Below are positions 1 through 11,754 of a stretch of DNA of 64,000 nt, piece after piece. The DNA comes from Tubulanus polymorphus (taxonomy: Eukaryota; Animalia; Nemertea). The translations under genes were made by a program, and so were the position numbers. Positions within the stretch are counted from its first letter, which is position 1. Every line of letters starts with the position of its first letter. The notes below the pieces were generated by a model. It did not search any database, was not told the DNA's origin, and saw only the letters and a program-made list of their open reading frames with translations. Location: the NCBI RefSeq assembly GCF_964204645.1, contig NC_134027.1:11936485-12000484 (forward strand), read 5' to 3'.

Positions 1-63
1 GGATCAGTTTTTATTTTCCAAAGTACTAGTTTTGAAGCTGTTGCCAGAGAAGAGAAACCAGAG

Positions 64-98
64 AAAGATTTAAACGCGGTTGAAGAGAAACCAGAGTT
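64..98 (-). pseudogene. 5' fragment (~35 nt) of U5 snRNA
   Basis: Minus strand reads ACTCTGGTTTCTCTTCAACCGCGTTTAAATCTTT, then breaks off into a duplicate of CTCTGGTTTCTCTTC (49-63); loop 1 and the Sm site are absent. Confidence 0.8.
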
Positions 99-1799
99 GC
101 CCCAGATTGCTCGTCGGAGGTATTCATACCTCGAAACTATTGCCGATAAATACGGTGTATATGCGTTCGTGATATGTCAAATTTTAACGGCTTGTTTTCC
201 ACGCGAAATTGGTACCAAAATATTCTATAGGTTTATCTGATTTTAGCTTGGATTCTATGGTACCACTTTCAATTCACATTTTACAATAAGGATGGAATTA
301 TGGCAAATTAAACAACATGTTGATGTCACACAGTTGCTGTCGTGCTTTCCGTGAGTACTCGGTAAATTCCGAAAATCACCGACGTGCTCGACGATGCAAG
401 ACGAGCTTAAATTTGAACCTGGCGCCCCGAAACGATTTAGAGGATAAATGTTACAGCTATTGTGTCGACGTTTGTTTCAGAAAGCATTCTTCATCATTCT
501 TAGATGCCATTCCCGATGTATATATGCGTTGAAACTATGGGGAAGGATGACTGATATAGACATCCCAGACGTTTGTTGATGGAGATAGGCAAGTATCCAG
601 TACTGGACTATAAAAGCGTCGTGAACGGTAAGCTTGTTCGTGCAGTATCCCAGCTTAACCTGCCGCCTCGTGATAGTAGTGTGTGCTGCATATATGATAG
701 CCAATCAGTGTGTTGCATATGCTACGTACATCCTGATTGACTCACTGGTAAAACCCAGTTCTATACGCAGTAGAACGCGCGTATATTTTGCTAGATATTG
801 CATTCGCGGAGATAGCGTCATTTCCCAGAATAAAAGGCTCTCATAATAAAACCAGCACTTTTACGTATCCGAGTTTATATGTGCCGTCATAACCACGTCA
901 ACCCCTTCTGTTCAATGCAAGGTATGTTTACTTGAGGTTGGATGTTTTTCCTGTTAAATTAGTCTTCCGTCCATTATCTCAGGCCCATATCTTAAGTTTT
1001 GCGGTGGTCATTTGCCGGACACTAAACGCTTTCGTGGGAACAGTACATAGAAGTCGCGCAGCAAAGGCATCTTTAACAAGACAACAAAATAAGTGCTATG
1101 TGCGACAAAATGAACGTTGTATTACAACCCTTCCGAGTGTGCTGCAGAAAAGTGTTCTCAGAATGACGTCACCAATTTTGGCGCGCATTCGCGAACGTCT
1201 CGTTGCTAGGGCGGTTATCACGGACTTTTCTCGCGATTGGATAATGATATTTGGAAAAATTTTTACGAAATTACTATGCGCGCGTGTTTTAAAAATGCTT
1301 TTTATAGAATTTTAATTTTTTCCCTTAACCAACACATGGCCCCTTTAATCATCTCCTTTAGATGAAGGTCACTAGAACCAGTGAAATAAACACTAGAGAA
1401 CATTGTATGTTTGCTAGACTCTTTATAGAAAATAATGAATTAATTTGTGAAGAAAGTATCAACTTTATCAAAATTAAAATCGTTAATAGCCCTGCCTGAA
1501 AAAAGTGGTCTCCTATACACAAGACGACACCATCCAGACTGAGAAGGTCTCACGGAATGAGAGAAACTTTTCCAGCGAGTTTTCATTTTTCATAGAGGTG
1601 TGACAAACATATCGTATCTCGAGCATATAAAATTAAAAGCATTTTTCACACTTGTTCAAATTTATGATTCGTAGATTTGGTTGTTCAAGGGGTTCTTGCC
1701 TAGCAGCCATATAAAGTGACAATTCTAATAACCGTGAAAAACAAAATGGCTAATATCATTAAGACGAACAATGATAAATGTCAATGATTTTCTATAAGT

Positions 1800-1918
1800 T
1801 ACCCTCCTGTAGAGGAGGGCTTCAAAAATCAGTCTATTGACTCATCGAATGTTCCTCTCCACGGAAATCTTTAGTAAAAGGCGAAAGATTTAAACGCGGT
1901 TGAAGAGAAACCAGAGTT
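1800..1918 (-). ncRNA. U5: U5 spliceosomal snRNA
   Basis: Minus strand: ACTCTGGTTTCTCTTC...AAATCTTTCGCCTTTTACTAAAGATTTCCGTGGAGAGGAAC...GATTTTTGAAGCCCTCCTCTACAGGAGGGT. Shows invariant loop 1 (GCCTTTTAC), Sm site (ATTTTTG) and a 3' hairpin. Confidence 0.97.
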
Positions 1919-1959
1919 GCCCCAGATTGCTCGTCGGAGGTATTCATACCTCGAAACTA

Positions 1960-1979
1960 TTGCCGATAAATACGGTGTA
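1960..1979 (-). promoter_or_regulatory. Putative snRNA proximal sequence element (PSE)
   Basis: TACACCGTATTTATCGGCAA lies at about -61 to -42 from the U5 5' end, the usual PSE position; it has a CACC core and is conserved in each unit and in the inverted relic at ~11103. Confidence 0.5.
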
Positions 1980-3619
1980 TATGCGTTCGTGATATGTCAA
2001 ATTTTAACGGCTTGTTTTCCACGCGAAATTGGTACCAAAATATTCTATAGGTTTATCTGATTTAAGCTTGGATTCTATGGTACCACTTTCAATTCACATT
2101 TTACAATAAGGATGGAATTATGGCAAATTAAACAACATGTTGATGTCACACAGTTGCTGTCGTGCTTTCCGTGAGTACTCGGTAAATTCCGAAAATCACC
2201 GACGTGCTCGACGATGCAAGACGAGCTTAAATTTGAACCTGGCGCCCCGAAACGATTTAGAGGATAAATGTTACAGCTATTGTGTCGACGTTTGTTTCAG
2301 AAAGCATTCTTCATCATTCTTAGATGCCATTCCCGATGTATATATGCGTTGAAACTATGGGGAAGGATGACTGATATAGACATCCCAGACGTTTGTTGAT
2401 GGAGATAGGCAAGTATCCAGTACTGGACTATAAAAGCGTCGTGAACGGTAAGCTTGTTCGTGCAGTATCCCAGCTTAACCTGCCGCCTCGTGATAGTAGT
2501 GTGTGCTGCATATATGATAGCCAATCAGTGTGTTGCATATGCTACGTACATCCTGATTGACTCACTGGTAAAACCCAGTTCTATACGCAGTAGAACGCGC
2601 GTATATTTTGCTAGATATTGCATTCGCGGAGATAGCGTCATTTCCCAGAATAAAAGGCTCTCATAATAAAACCAGCACTTTTACGTATCCGAGTTTATAT
2701 GTGCCGTCATAACCACGTCAACCCCTTCTGTTCAATGCAAGGTAGGTTTACTTGAGGTTGGATGTTTTTCCTGTTAAATTAGTCTTCCGTCCATTATCTC
2801 AGGCCCATATCTTAAGTTTTGAGGTGGTCATTTGCCGGACACTAAACGCTTTCGTGGGAACAGTTCATAGAAGTCGCGCAGCAAAGGCATCTTTAACAAG
2901 ACAACAAAATAAGTGCTATATGCGACAAAATGAACGTTGTATTACAACCCTTCAGAGTGTGCTGCAGAAAAGTGTTCTCAGAATGACGTCACCAATTTTG
3001 GCGCGCATTCGCGAACGTCTCGTTGCTAGGGCGGTTATCACGGACTTTTCTCGCGATTGGATAGTGATATTTGGAAAAATTTTTACGAAATTCCTATGCG
3101 CGCGTGTTTTAAAAATGCTTTTTATAGAATTTTAATTTTTTCCCTTAACCAACACATGGCCCCTTTAATCATCTCCTTTAGATGAAGGTCACTAGAACCA
3201 GTGAAATAAACACTAGAGATCATTGTATGTTTGCTAGACTCTTTATAGAAAATAATGAATTAATTTGTGAAGAAAGTATCAACTTTATCAAAATTAAAAT
3301 CGTTAATAGCCCTGCCTGAAAAAAGTGGTCTCCTATACACAAGACGACACCATCCAGACTGAGAAGGTCTCACGGAATGAGAGAAACTTTTCCAGCGAGT
3401 TTTCATTTTTCATAGAGGTGTGACAAACATATCGTATCTCGAGCATATAAAATTAAAAGCATTTTTCACACTTGTTCAAATTTATGATTCGTAGATTTGG
3501 TTGTTCAAGGGGTTCTTGCCTAGCAGCCATATAAAGTGACAATTCTAATAACCGTGAAAAACAAAATGGCTAATATCATTAAGACGAACAATGATTAATG
3601 TCAATGATTTTCTATAAGT

Positions 3620-3738
3620 TACCCTCCTGTAGAGGAGGGCTTCAAAAATCAGTCTATTGACTCATCGAATGTTCCTCTCCACGGAAATCTTTAGTAAAAG
3701 GCGAAAGATTTAAACGCGGGTGAAGAGAAACCAGAGTT
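3620..3738 (-). ncRNA. U5: U5 spliceosomal snRNA, second intact copy
   Basis: Same sequence as 1800-1918 except one substitution at 3720 (A>C in the RNA). Confidence 0.96.
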
Positions 3739-4128
3739 GCCCCAGATTGCTCGTCGGAGGTATTCATACCTCGAAACTATTGCCGATAAATACGGTGTAT
3801 ATGCGTTCGTGATATGTCAAATTTTAAAGGCTTGTTTTCCACGCGAATTTGGTACCAATATATTCTATAGGTTTATCTGATTTTAGCTTGGATTCTATGG
3901 TACCACTTTCAATTCACATTTTTACAAGAAGGTTGGAATTATGGCAAATTAAACAACATGTTGATGTCACACAGTTGCTGTCGTGCTTTCCGTGAGTACT
4001 CGGTAAATTCCGAAAATCACCGACGTGCTCGACGATGCAAGACGAGCTTAAATTTGAACCTGGCGCCCTGGAACGATTTAGAGGATAAATGTTACAGCTA
4101 TTGTGTCGACGTTTGTTTCAGAAAGCAT

Positions 4129-4970
4129 CAGAGGCGGATCCAGACCGTATTAGCCGTATTGCCCAATACGGTCTAGAATTTTTAAGTGCCCTTCGAAATT
4201 TCACCGGCAATATTTTTGACGGCATTATTTCAGCAACCGCTTATTCCGTGTCCGTAATCCGGGCATAATTATAAAATTAATTGGTATATACTGCTGCCGA
4301 GAAAGTGAGGAGAGATAATCATATTTGTAAAGCCTTTAATCATGATAAATTAAAAAGGGAACTTTCCTTTTGCAAGGGGCACTCATGCTTTAGATGAGGG
4401 CACCTTGTCCTTGCCTTTTCAGGGAGGGCTAAAGGGGCACTCGTACTTTAGAAGAGGGCACTATACGCGGAAAATGTTGAAGAAAAGGGCACTTTTTTGC
4501 CTAATTTTTAAAATTTTAGGGGCACTTTTGGTTTGGAAGATGGCACACGACATAAGGATAAATGTGAAGACGAGGCAATTTTGCCGATTGTTAACAATGA
4601 AGGGGCACTTAGCCGTATTCTGTATACTTGTTAAGGGGCACTTTTAAAGATTATAGGGGCACTAGGCGAAGTTGGCGACAACCATTCTTTCATGGGTTCG
4701 CCAGCTTCATTTTTTATCCGCATCTGTTGAAATCTTGTCTCGAATTCGTTTATTCTGGATTGCTCTGCTAGCCTCTAGAAGCCCTCTAAAAGCCTTTAAA
4801 TGGTACCATATTTTCAAAATTTTCTGGGGGTAGGCCCCCAGAACCCCCTCTAAGGACTTCGCGCCATCGGCGCTCGCATTGACCTGGATACTGGGTGTGC
4901 CCTAAGATCAGAAAGGTGCCCTTAAATTTCCTTCCAATACTGTCTACTCATCCCCCTGGATCCGCCCCCG
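4129..4970. mobile_element. Non-autonomous TIR DNA transposon, 842 bp, 5-bp TSD (hAT5-like)
   Basis: Termini CAGAGGCGGATCCAG / CTGGATCCGCCCCCG; AGCAT is duplicated at 4124-4128 and 4971-4975; units 1 and 2 show the empty site with one AGCAT. Confidence 0.9.
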
Positions 4971-6976
4971 AGCATTCTTCATCATTCTTAAATGCCATTC
5001 CCGATGTATATATATGCGTTGAAACTACGGGGAAGGATGACTGATATAGACATCCCAGACGTTTGTTGATGGAGATAGGCAAGTATCCAGTACTGGACTA
5101 TAAAAGCGTCGTGAACGGTAAGCTTGTTCGTGCAGTATCCCAGCCTAACCTGCCGCCTCGTGATAGTAGTGTGTGCTGCATATGATAGCCAATCAGTGTG
5201 TTGCATATGCTACGTACATCCTGATTGACTCACTGGTAAAACCCAGTTATATACGCAGTAGAACGCGCGTATATTTTGCTAGATATTGCATTCGTGGAGA
5301 TAGCGTCATTTCACAGAATAAAAGGCTCTCATAATAAAACCAGCACTTTTACGTACCCGAGTTTATATGTGCCATCATAACCACATCAACACCTTCTGTT
5401 CAATGCAAGGTAGGTTTACTTGAGGTTGGATGTTTTTCCTGTTAAATTAGTCTTCCGTCCATTATATCAGGCCCATATCTTAATTTTTGAGGTGGTCATT
5501 TGCCGGACACTAAACGCTTTCGTGGGAACAGTATATAGAAGTCGCCCAGCCAAGGCATCTCTAACAGGACAACAAAATAAGCGCTTCGACCTTGGAGTAA
5601 CTCCAAGATTCGACAAAATGAACGTTGTCTTACAACCCTTCAGAGCGTGCTGCAGAAAAGTGTGTTCTCAGAATGACGTCACCAGTTTTGGTGCGTAGTC
5701 GCGAACGTCTCGTTGCTAGGGCGGTTATCACGGACTTTTCTCGCGATTCGATAATGGTGTTTGAAAAAATTGTTCACGAAATTACTATGCGCGCGTGTTG
5801 TAAAATTGCTTTTTAAAGAATTTTAATTTTTTCCCCTAACCAACACATGGCCCCTTTAATCATCTTCTTTAGATTTCAAAATGAAGGTCACTATAACCAG
5901 TGAAATCAACACTAGAGAACATTGTATGTTTGCTAGACTCTTTATAGAAAATAATGAATTAATTTGTGAAGAAAGTATCAACTTTATCAAAATTAAATCG
6001 TTAATAGCCCTGCCTGAAAAAAGTTGTCTCCTATACACAAGACGACACCATCCAGACTGAGAAGGTCTCACGGAATGAGAGAAACTTTTCCAGCGGGTTT
6101 TTAATTTTGCATAGAAATGTGTCAAATATATCGTATCTCGAGCATATCAAATGAAAAGCATTTTTCACACTTGTTCAAATTTATGAATCGTAGATTTGGT
6201 TGTTCAAGTGGTTCTTGCCTAGCAGCCATATATAGTGACAATTCTAATAACCGTGAAAAACAAAATGGCAAATATCATTAAGACGAACAATGATTAATAT
6301 CAATGATTTTTTTAAAATTTGAACCTGGCGCCCCGGATCGATTTAGAGGATAAATGTTACAGCTATTGTGTCGACGTTTTTTATAGAACGCATTCTTCAT
6401 CATTCTTAAATGCCATTACCGATGTATATATATGCGTTGAAACTACGGGGAAGGATGACTGATAGAGACATCCCAGACGTTTGTTAATGGAGATAGGCAA
6501 GTATCCAGTACTGGACTATAAAAGCGTCGTGAACGGTAAACTTGTTCGTGCAGTATCCCAGCCTAACCTGCCGCCTCGTAATTGTAGTGTGTGCTGCATA
6601 TGATAGCCAATCAGTGTGTTCGGATATGTAATATAATTCTGAACTTGAATTGTAATATAATTCTGAACTCATTTTTAGAACGACTTGAATTTTTCAAACA
6701 TTTTACAAACTGTTCAGATGTTTTGACATAAGATATTTCACCATTTACAATGAATTCTTTTAAAACGAATATTGATATTTAATCTGTATTGTAAAGTTGC
6801 ATTTATGTTTTGCACTATGATAATTTTTCACAATCTGAGTAAATTGTGTTAGATTTCTAAGAATTGATTTTCCATTTGATGCGAACATTGTGAATCTCAA
6901 TAAATTTCACATGGGTTTTTTGTGTCAGTCTATTGTGATAAGTTCAGTCTACACTGTCAACAGTTAATTATCATGA

Positions 6977-7921
6977 ATGATGAATTCCACTCAGATGCAA
7001 ATCGGTCGACCGTTCAACAGTTACATCGTTCTTATGTCTGTGGTGAACAAGTCTGGAATATACCGTACTGCGTTACTGGTCATTCTGCCTATCCTGTTCC
7101 TGTTTGGAGCCTTCGGAAATTCAGCTACTTTCCTGATAATGATAAGTCGCAGATTCCGCAGTTTGTCCTACGCTAACTATCTTATCGTTTTGTCAATCAG
7201 TGATTGTACGTACTCTATCAATATAACACTAAAACCTGTTTTACAGTATGTTCTCTTTCACGTTAAAGGTGGTCCAATATTCATCATGAATTCAGTGATC
7301 AGTTGTCAAATCAATGAATTTTTAATGCTACTTGTAGCCTGCAGTAGTGCGTGGTTTATAGTAGCAATATCTTTAGAACGTGTGGCAGTTGTGCTCTTTC
7401 CGTTCACATCTCGTAGGATATGTACACCCAAATTCGCCAGATTGACTATATTGATAATTACTGCAGTGAATGTGTTGGTTATATATTTCAGCCCTGCTAT
7501 GTCGATAAATTTTTCAGATGAGTTTTTCGGATGTTTCTTTGAATCGTTTGACCCAATTGCATTTTTCTCCATAATTGTCGTCCACTTTAACATTCTACCA
7601 TTAACTTTGATCATTACATCAAATTCTGTTATAATAGTTCAGTTATTCAGAGGTTCAAAAATATTTTCATCTGATCAGAAAACTACACAATCAAAACGTA
7701 CAACAATAATGCTTGTGACTGTTTCACTCGTATTTGCAATGTTTACACTTCCCAATACTATTACAGTATTTTTACCAATCGCACCGGAACAGGGAGAATT
7801 TTTACTTGACATTTTCACAAAATTCTATGTTTGCAACTTTGTGTTAAATTTTTACATATATCTTTTACTGGGACGAGATATTCGTGAATATTTCTGTATG
7901 AAAATCCGTTGCAAAAATTAA
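6977..7921 (+). CDS. Intronless rhodopsin-like (class A) GPCR, peptide-receptor-like orphan
   Basis: 314-aa ORF with seven hydrophobic segments; TM1 GN (FGAFGN), TM2 LSISD, TM3 ISLERV, TM6 FTLP, TM7 NFYIY. Confidence 0.88.
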   Translation: MMNSTQMQIGRPFNSYIVLMSVVNKSGIYRTALLVILPILFLFGAFGNSATFLIMISRRFRSLSYANYLIVLSISDCTYSINITLKPVLQYVLFHVKGGPIFIMNSVISCQINEFLMLLVACSSAWFIVAISLERVAVVLFPFTSRRICTPKFARLTILIITAVNVLVIYFSPAMSINFSDEFFGCFFESFDPIAFFSIIVVHFNILPLTLIITSNSVIIVQLFRGSKIFSSDQKTTQSKRTTIMLVTVSLVFAMFTLPNTITVFLPIAPEQGEFLLDIFTKFYVCNFVLNFYIYLLLGRDIREYFCMKIRCKN

Positions 7922-10754
7922 GAACAATTAATAACCATTGATTTCAAACGTGTTCACGTACAACTTATCCCGTGTTCTAACACTGTGGACTGCTTACAGT
8001 GACATGAGTTATACATTTTAGGCCAGTTCAAGTTTAATCCTAGTTACTCATCAATTCTGAAAACCACGTGCGTCACTTAAATTCTGTCCAATCAAAGAAA
8101 ACAATAAAATGCGCACTCACGCGCCGGGAGAAAGTAGCTCGTCTCTTTTTTACACAAATAAAAATCCGCCCGCATTATGAACCAACTTTTTGAAGTCGTC
8201 TTTAAAAATAGTTTTGCTGACATACGTCGTTTAGTGTTATCGGTGACAGAATTCAAGGTCTAGAGGCTCCGTGAGAAGCAGTAATGCTTTTGTTGATAGA
8301 AACTACGTCCGCGTCAAAGGATATTTCCTTTTCAAACTGCTCGGTCGTCACTTCTGCGACAACAGTAATGCGAAGGAGGCGTTTTAACTTCAAAAATAGG
8401 AATAACAAGAAAATCAATTTTAATAAATTACTTGACGCCTGCGAAAAAATGTAGAATTTTTGGGATAAGCTAATGTGGGATTGCAAATTTGAAATCGAAG
8501 TTTTAGGAAATTTGGGGATTATGAGATTTGGCGATTGAATAGGTGATACGAGGTCTTCGACTGTAGTAGTAGTTAGATTTTTTTTTATTGAAAATTGTCA
8601 ATAACTTATAACTTACGACCGACTTCATTCACTTTTGCCTCTTAGCTGGTCTGTCACTTCATTGCCTCCATGGTTGAGGAAAGAGCTCGTCTGATGTATG
8701 CTTCATCATGATTTTGGAGCATATCGTATGGCCTAGCCAGCCGGCCCGGTCCCGCGGCGCAGTTTTATCGAACATATTTTCTAAAACAGTTGAATATTGA
8801 AATTATATGTTTACACATTTTTTATATTGACCGCTTGTAGCCGCCGATGAAATTCACGCCGGCCCTACACAGATCGTAGATAGCTTCGCCATTGCACCAG
8901 CATCCCCATGACAGGGTCTTAGGGAGCATCTCAAAATGTCAATAGTTCCCTCGTCTAATTGGTTTTAACCCCCCACCCCCTTTAACTATACACATGCCGA
9001 AGTTGGATCTATTGATTTTGTAATGAAAGACCACAGACAAAGATAAGACATTCTCACGAGTGTTCGATCACAACTTTTAATTGAAAAATAAATAAGCAAA
9101 ATTACAAGTGGAAAACCTATTAAACTTGAACAGACTTTATAAACAAAATAAAATATATCTAAAATACAAACAGCATCTAAAAGAGAGACGGTTAAATCTA
9201 CTGCTTGTAATATATATATTTGAAACTGCAATTCATTTCAATGTTATCTGTATTGCACCGCAATAAATCGATAGTTCGGCAGTGGTGATGAGTCCGCAGG
9301 AGGCCTTGACCCCCACCCCCTTCCGCGAGTTACTCTAATTGAAGTAACTATTGAAATTTTGAGATGCTCCCTTACTTTTATATCAGACTTCCAAATCGTG
9401 TATACATTCGCCATTATGACCGAAGAATCCGATTTACTTATCATTTCGATTTATGCCCGCCGCTTCTGATATAATCATACATCCTTTACTATTACAATAC
9501 GTTTTCTAATGATATTCAATGAAATATAACATTTCGAAGTTCAAATAGAGCTCATTATATAATCACAGGAAGACATTCTACATCTTTGTCAAATATAATA
9601 TTTTGCCTAATAGCTTGTATGTGTACACATAGACCTGTGACGTTTTGCACATCGATTTACGGTTGTCGTTTGTAAAATGACACTGAAAGGTTAACATTGT
9701 TTAGGTTTCATAACGGTTACTTTATCCAAGGCGTCAAAAAATCGCCCTTCGTCTCCTGAAAAAAGCGAGCAAAATATTTTTATTTCAGAATTCTATATTT
9801 GTAAAAGTTAATAGAGATTAAATTCGCCCGCCCTTAAGTGGCCTCATTGTTAATTTTTAAGTCTCTTTTTCAAAATTCGAATAATTAAAGTTCTTTTTTT
9901 CACAAATAATTCAATTTTATATCTAGGTTGCTTATTTCTAACAAATGCAAAGAGGCAAAGGGTCAATTTGTTTGTTTCTTTCGAATCTACTTTTTAAACT
10001 AAGCTCATTTTATTGTTGTTTTTTCTACTCCCCGTCTGCGGTAAACAAAATATGACAAACTGCATCGAATTTCGGTTGTTCTGTCCCGTTCATTATCCAT
10101 ATAGAAACTTGGCGAATATCATCGCGTGAAAGGTTATCGCAAAAACGGCGCTTTTCGGCCTAGACCACCTTTTTCAATTATTTACATCGTGGAAATCGTA
10201 AAAAGACTTTCGTTGATTTCGCTTCTAATCATATGGAAACAGACCAATAATGTGAAAGGCTATGCGTCATCGATGTTACAGTCAGAGAATTAAAACAGAC
10301 ACTACGTACGGGTATTCAAAAAGATGGTCGCTTTACCGATGGATTTGACACCAGCTCATGGAGTCATTTCATATTCTATATTCGCAATGAGTTTTTGAGG
10401 AAAATGATTAACTTTTGAGGGATTATCGTACAGTCTCGTTTTTTGAACAGGTGTATCAATCTATCAACAGAAATAATAAGAATTGAGCATACTTCATTCA
10501 TCAGAATTTTATCTATTTTTCTCAATAAACTTAATAATACATTAAATTATTACACTTTTTTGAAATAATGATAAATGATGAATCTTTATATCGTACAGAG
10601 AGTTAAGAATAGTAGAGAAAAAAAGAGAACACCAAAATACAACTCCTTATTCACATTGAAAAAACGTTTAAGGACATAGTTTCGAAAGGTATAACCCTTT
10701 ACGATAGTAATTGTATAGTAATTGTATCTTTTTTCCTGGTCTCATTAAGAATAT

Positions 10755-11155
10755 TTAAGAATGATGAAGAATGCGTTCTGTTACAAACGTCAAAATAATA
10801 GCTGTACTATTTAGTCTCCAATTCGTTCCGGGCGCCAGGTTCAAATCTAACTTATTGTTCGTCTTGCTTCGTCAAGCACGTCGGAGATTGACGGAATTTA
10901 CCGAGTACTCACGGAAAGCACGACAGCATCTGTATCATCAACATATTGTTTGATTTGCCATAATTCCATCCATATTGTAAAAATATGAATTGAATTCGGT
11001 ACCATAGATTTCAAGCTAAAATCAGATAAACCTATAGAATATTTAAGGCACTAACTTCGCGCGGAAAAATGCTGTTAGAATTTGACATATTTCGAACGCA
11101 TATACACCGCATTCATCGGCAGGTAGATCGAGTACCCCCAAGGAGCGATTCGGGG
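10755..11155 (+). repeat. Inverted, diverged copy of the ~400 bp upstream of U5 (promoter relic with no U5)
   Basis: Reverse complement of array-unit positions ~100-503, e.g. GGCGCCAGGTTCAAAT, ACCGAGTACTCACGGAAAGCACGAC, AAGCTAAAATCAGATAAACCTATAGAATATT. Similarity stops where U5 would start. Confidence 0.85.
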
Positions 11156-11571
11156 AAAATCAACAGTTCAACAGGTTTTCTAGGTGTCTTACAGAATAAT
11201 ACATGTTCTGGAGTCCAAAACACAACATTTCATATGAATTAGCAAAACGGCCAAATAATCTATTAAATCCAATTCATCATTCAAAGTCTTCTCGTTAGCT
11301 TAAATTTCGACTAACCACTTGAATGGTTGTTGTACTTTTATTGTAAACAATGATTTTTATGAAAATATCGGTAGTGGCGTACTAGATGATTTGACGTGAC
11401 GTAGATGACATTTCGTGACGTAGATGAGTAAATATCATTTATCGCTATATCGATACCTCGCATCTGATTGGCTAGATATAGAGACTGGTGGGCCCAAATA
11501 TTGTAATAGGCTATTGAAAAATATTTAATTATACAGCCCATATTGATCGGCTTGCATTAGAAATCCAACAT

Positions 11572-11754
11572 TTGATAAATCCTCTTAAAAGCCTTTCTAA
11601 AACAACTAAATCATTTCACTTAAACAAGTTGTACTGTAGCTTTATTGTCCCTCATTTCGATCACTGTGATATTATTTGCAACAGTGCACCCAATTCTAAT
11701 CTTAGACAAACTTTTAGACAAACTACAGTACCATGCTGCTCTACTCGTGTATGA
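11572..11754 (+). mobile_element. Fragment of a CR1/L2-group LINE ORF2 C-terminus
   Basis: LNKLYCSFIVPHFDHCDII, then (frameshifted) LDKLQYHAA, resembles the LYxxxxxPHxDYC...LxKLQxxAAR motif that follows the RT domain. Confidence 0.6.

Larger units (their letters stand above)
64..6620. repeat. Tandem array with 1,820-bp unit (about 3.5 units, increasingly diverged to the right) carrying U5 snRNA
   Basis: AAAGATTTAAACGCGG recurs at 64, 1884 and 3704; ORF track repeats with a 1,820 offset (317/2137, 932/2752). Unit 3 is interrupted at 4129-4970; unit 4 is internally deleted at ~6310 and ends ~6620. Confidence 0.95.

Noticed and set aside
1160-1215. Possible spliced-leader or other Sm RNA in the array spacer (AATTTTGG)
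   Set aside because: No convincing upstream splice donor or stem-loops; the motif is mutated in unit 3.
1335-1344. CATGGCCCCT matching U6 snRNA
   Set aside because: Only 10 nt; no ACAGAGA box or other U6 sequence around it.
317-6672. Repeated short ORFs (71, 75, 70, 127 aa) in the tandem array
   Set aside because: No recognisable domains, frames break in units 3-4, and they recur only because the DNA is repeated.
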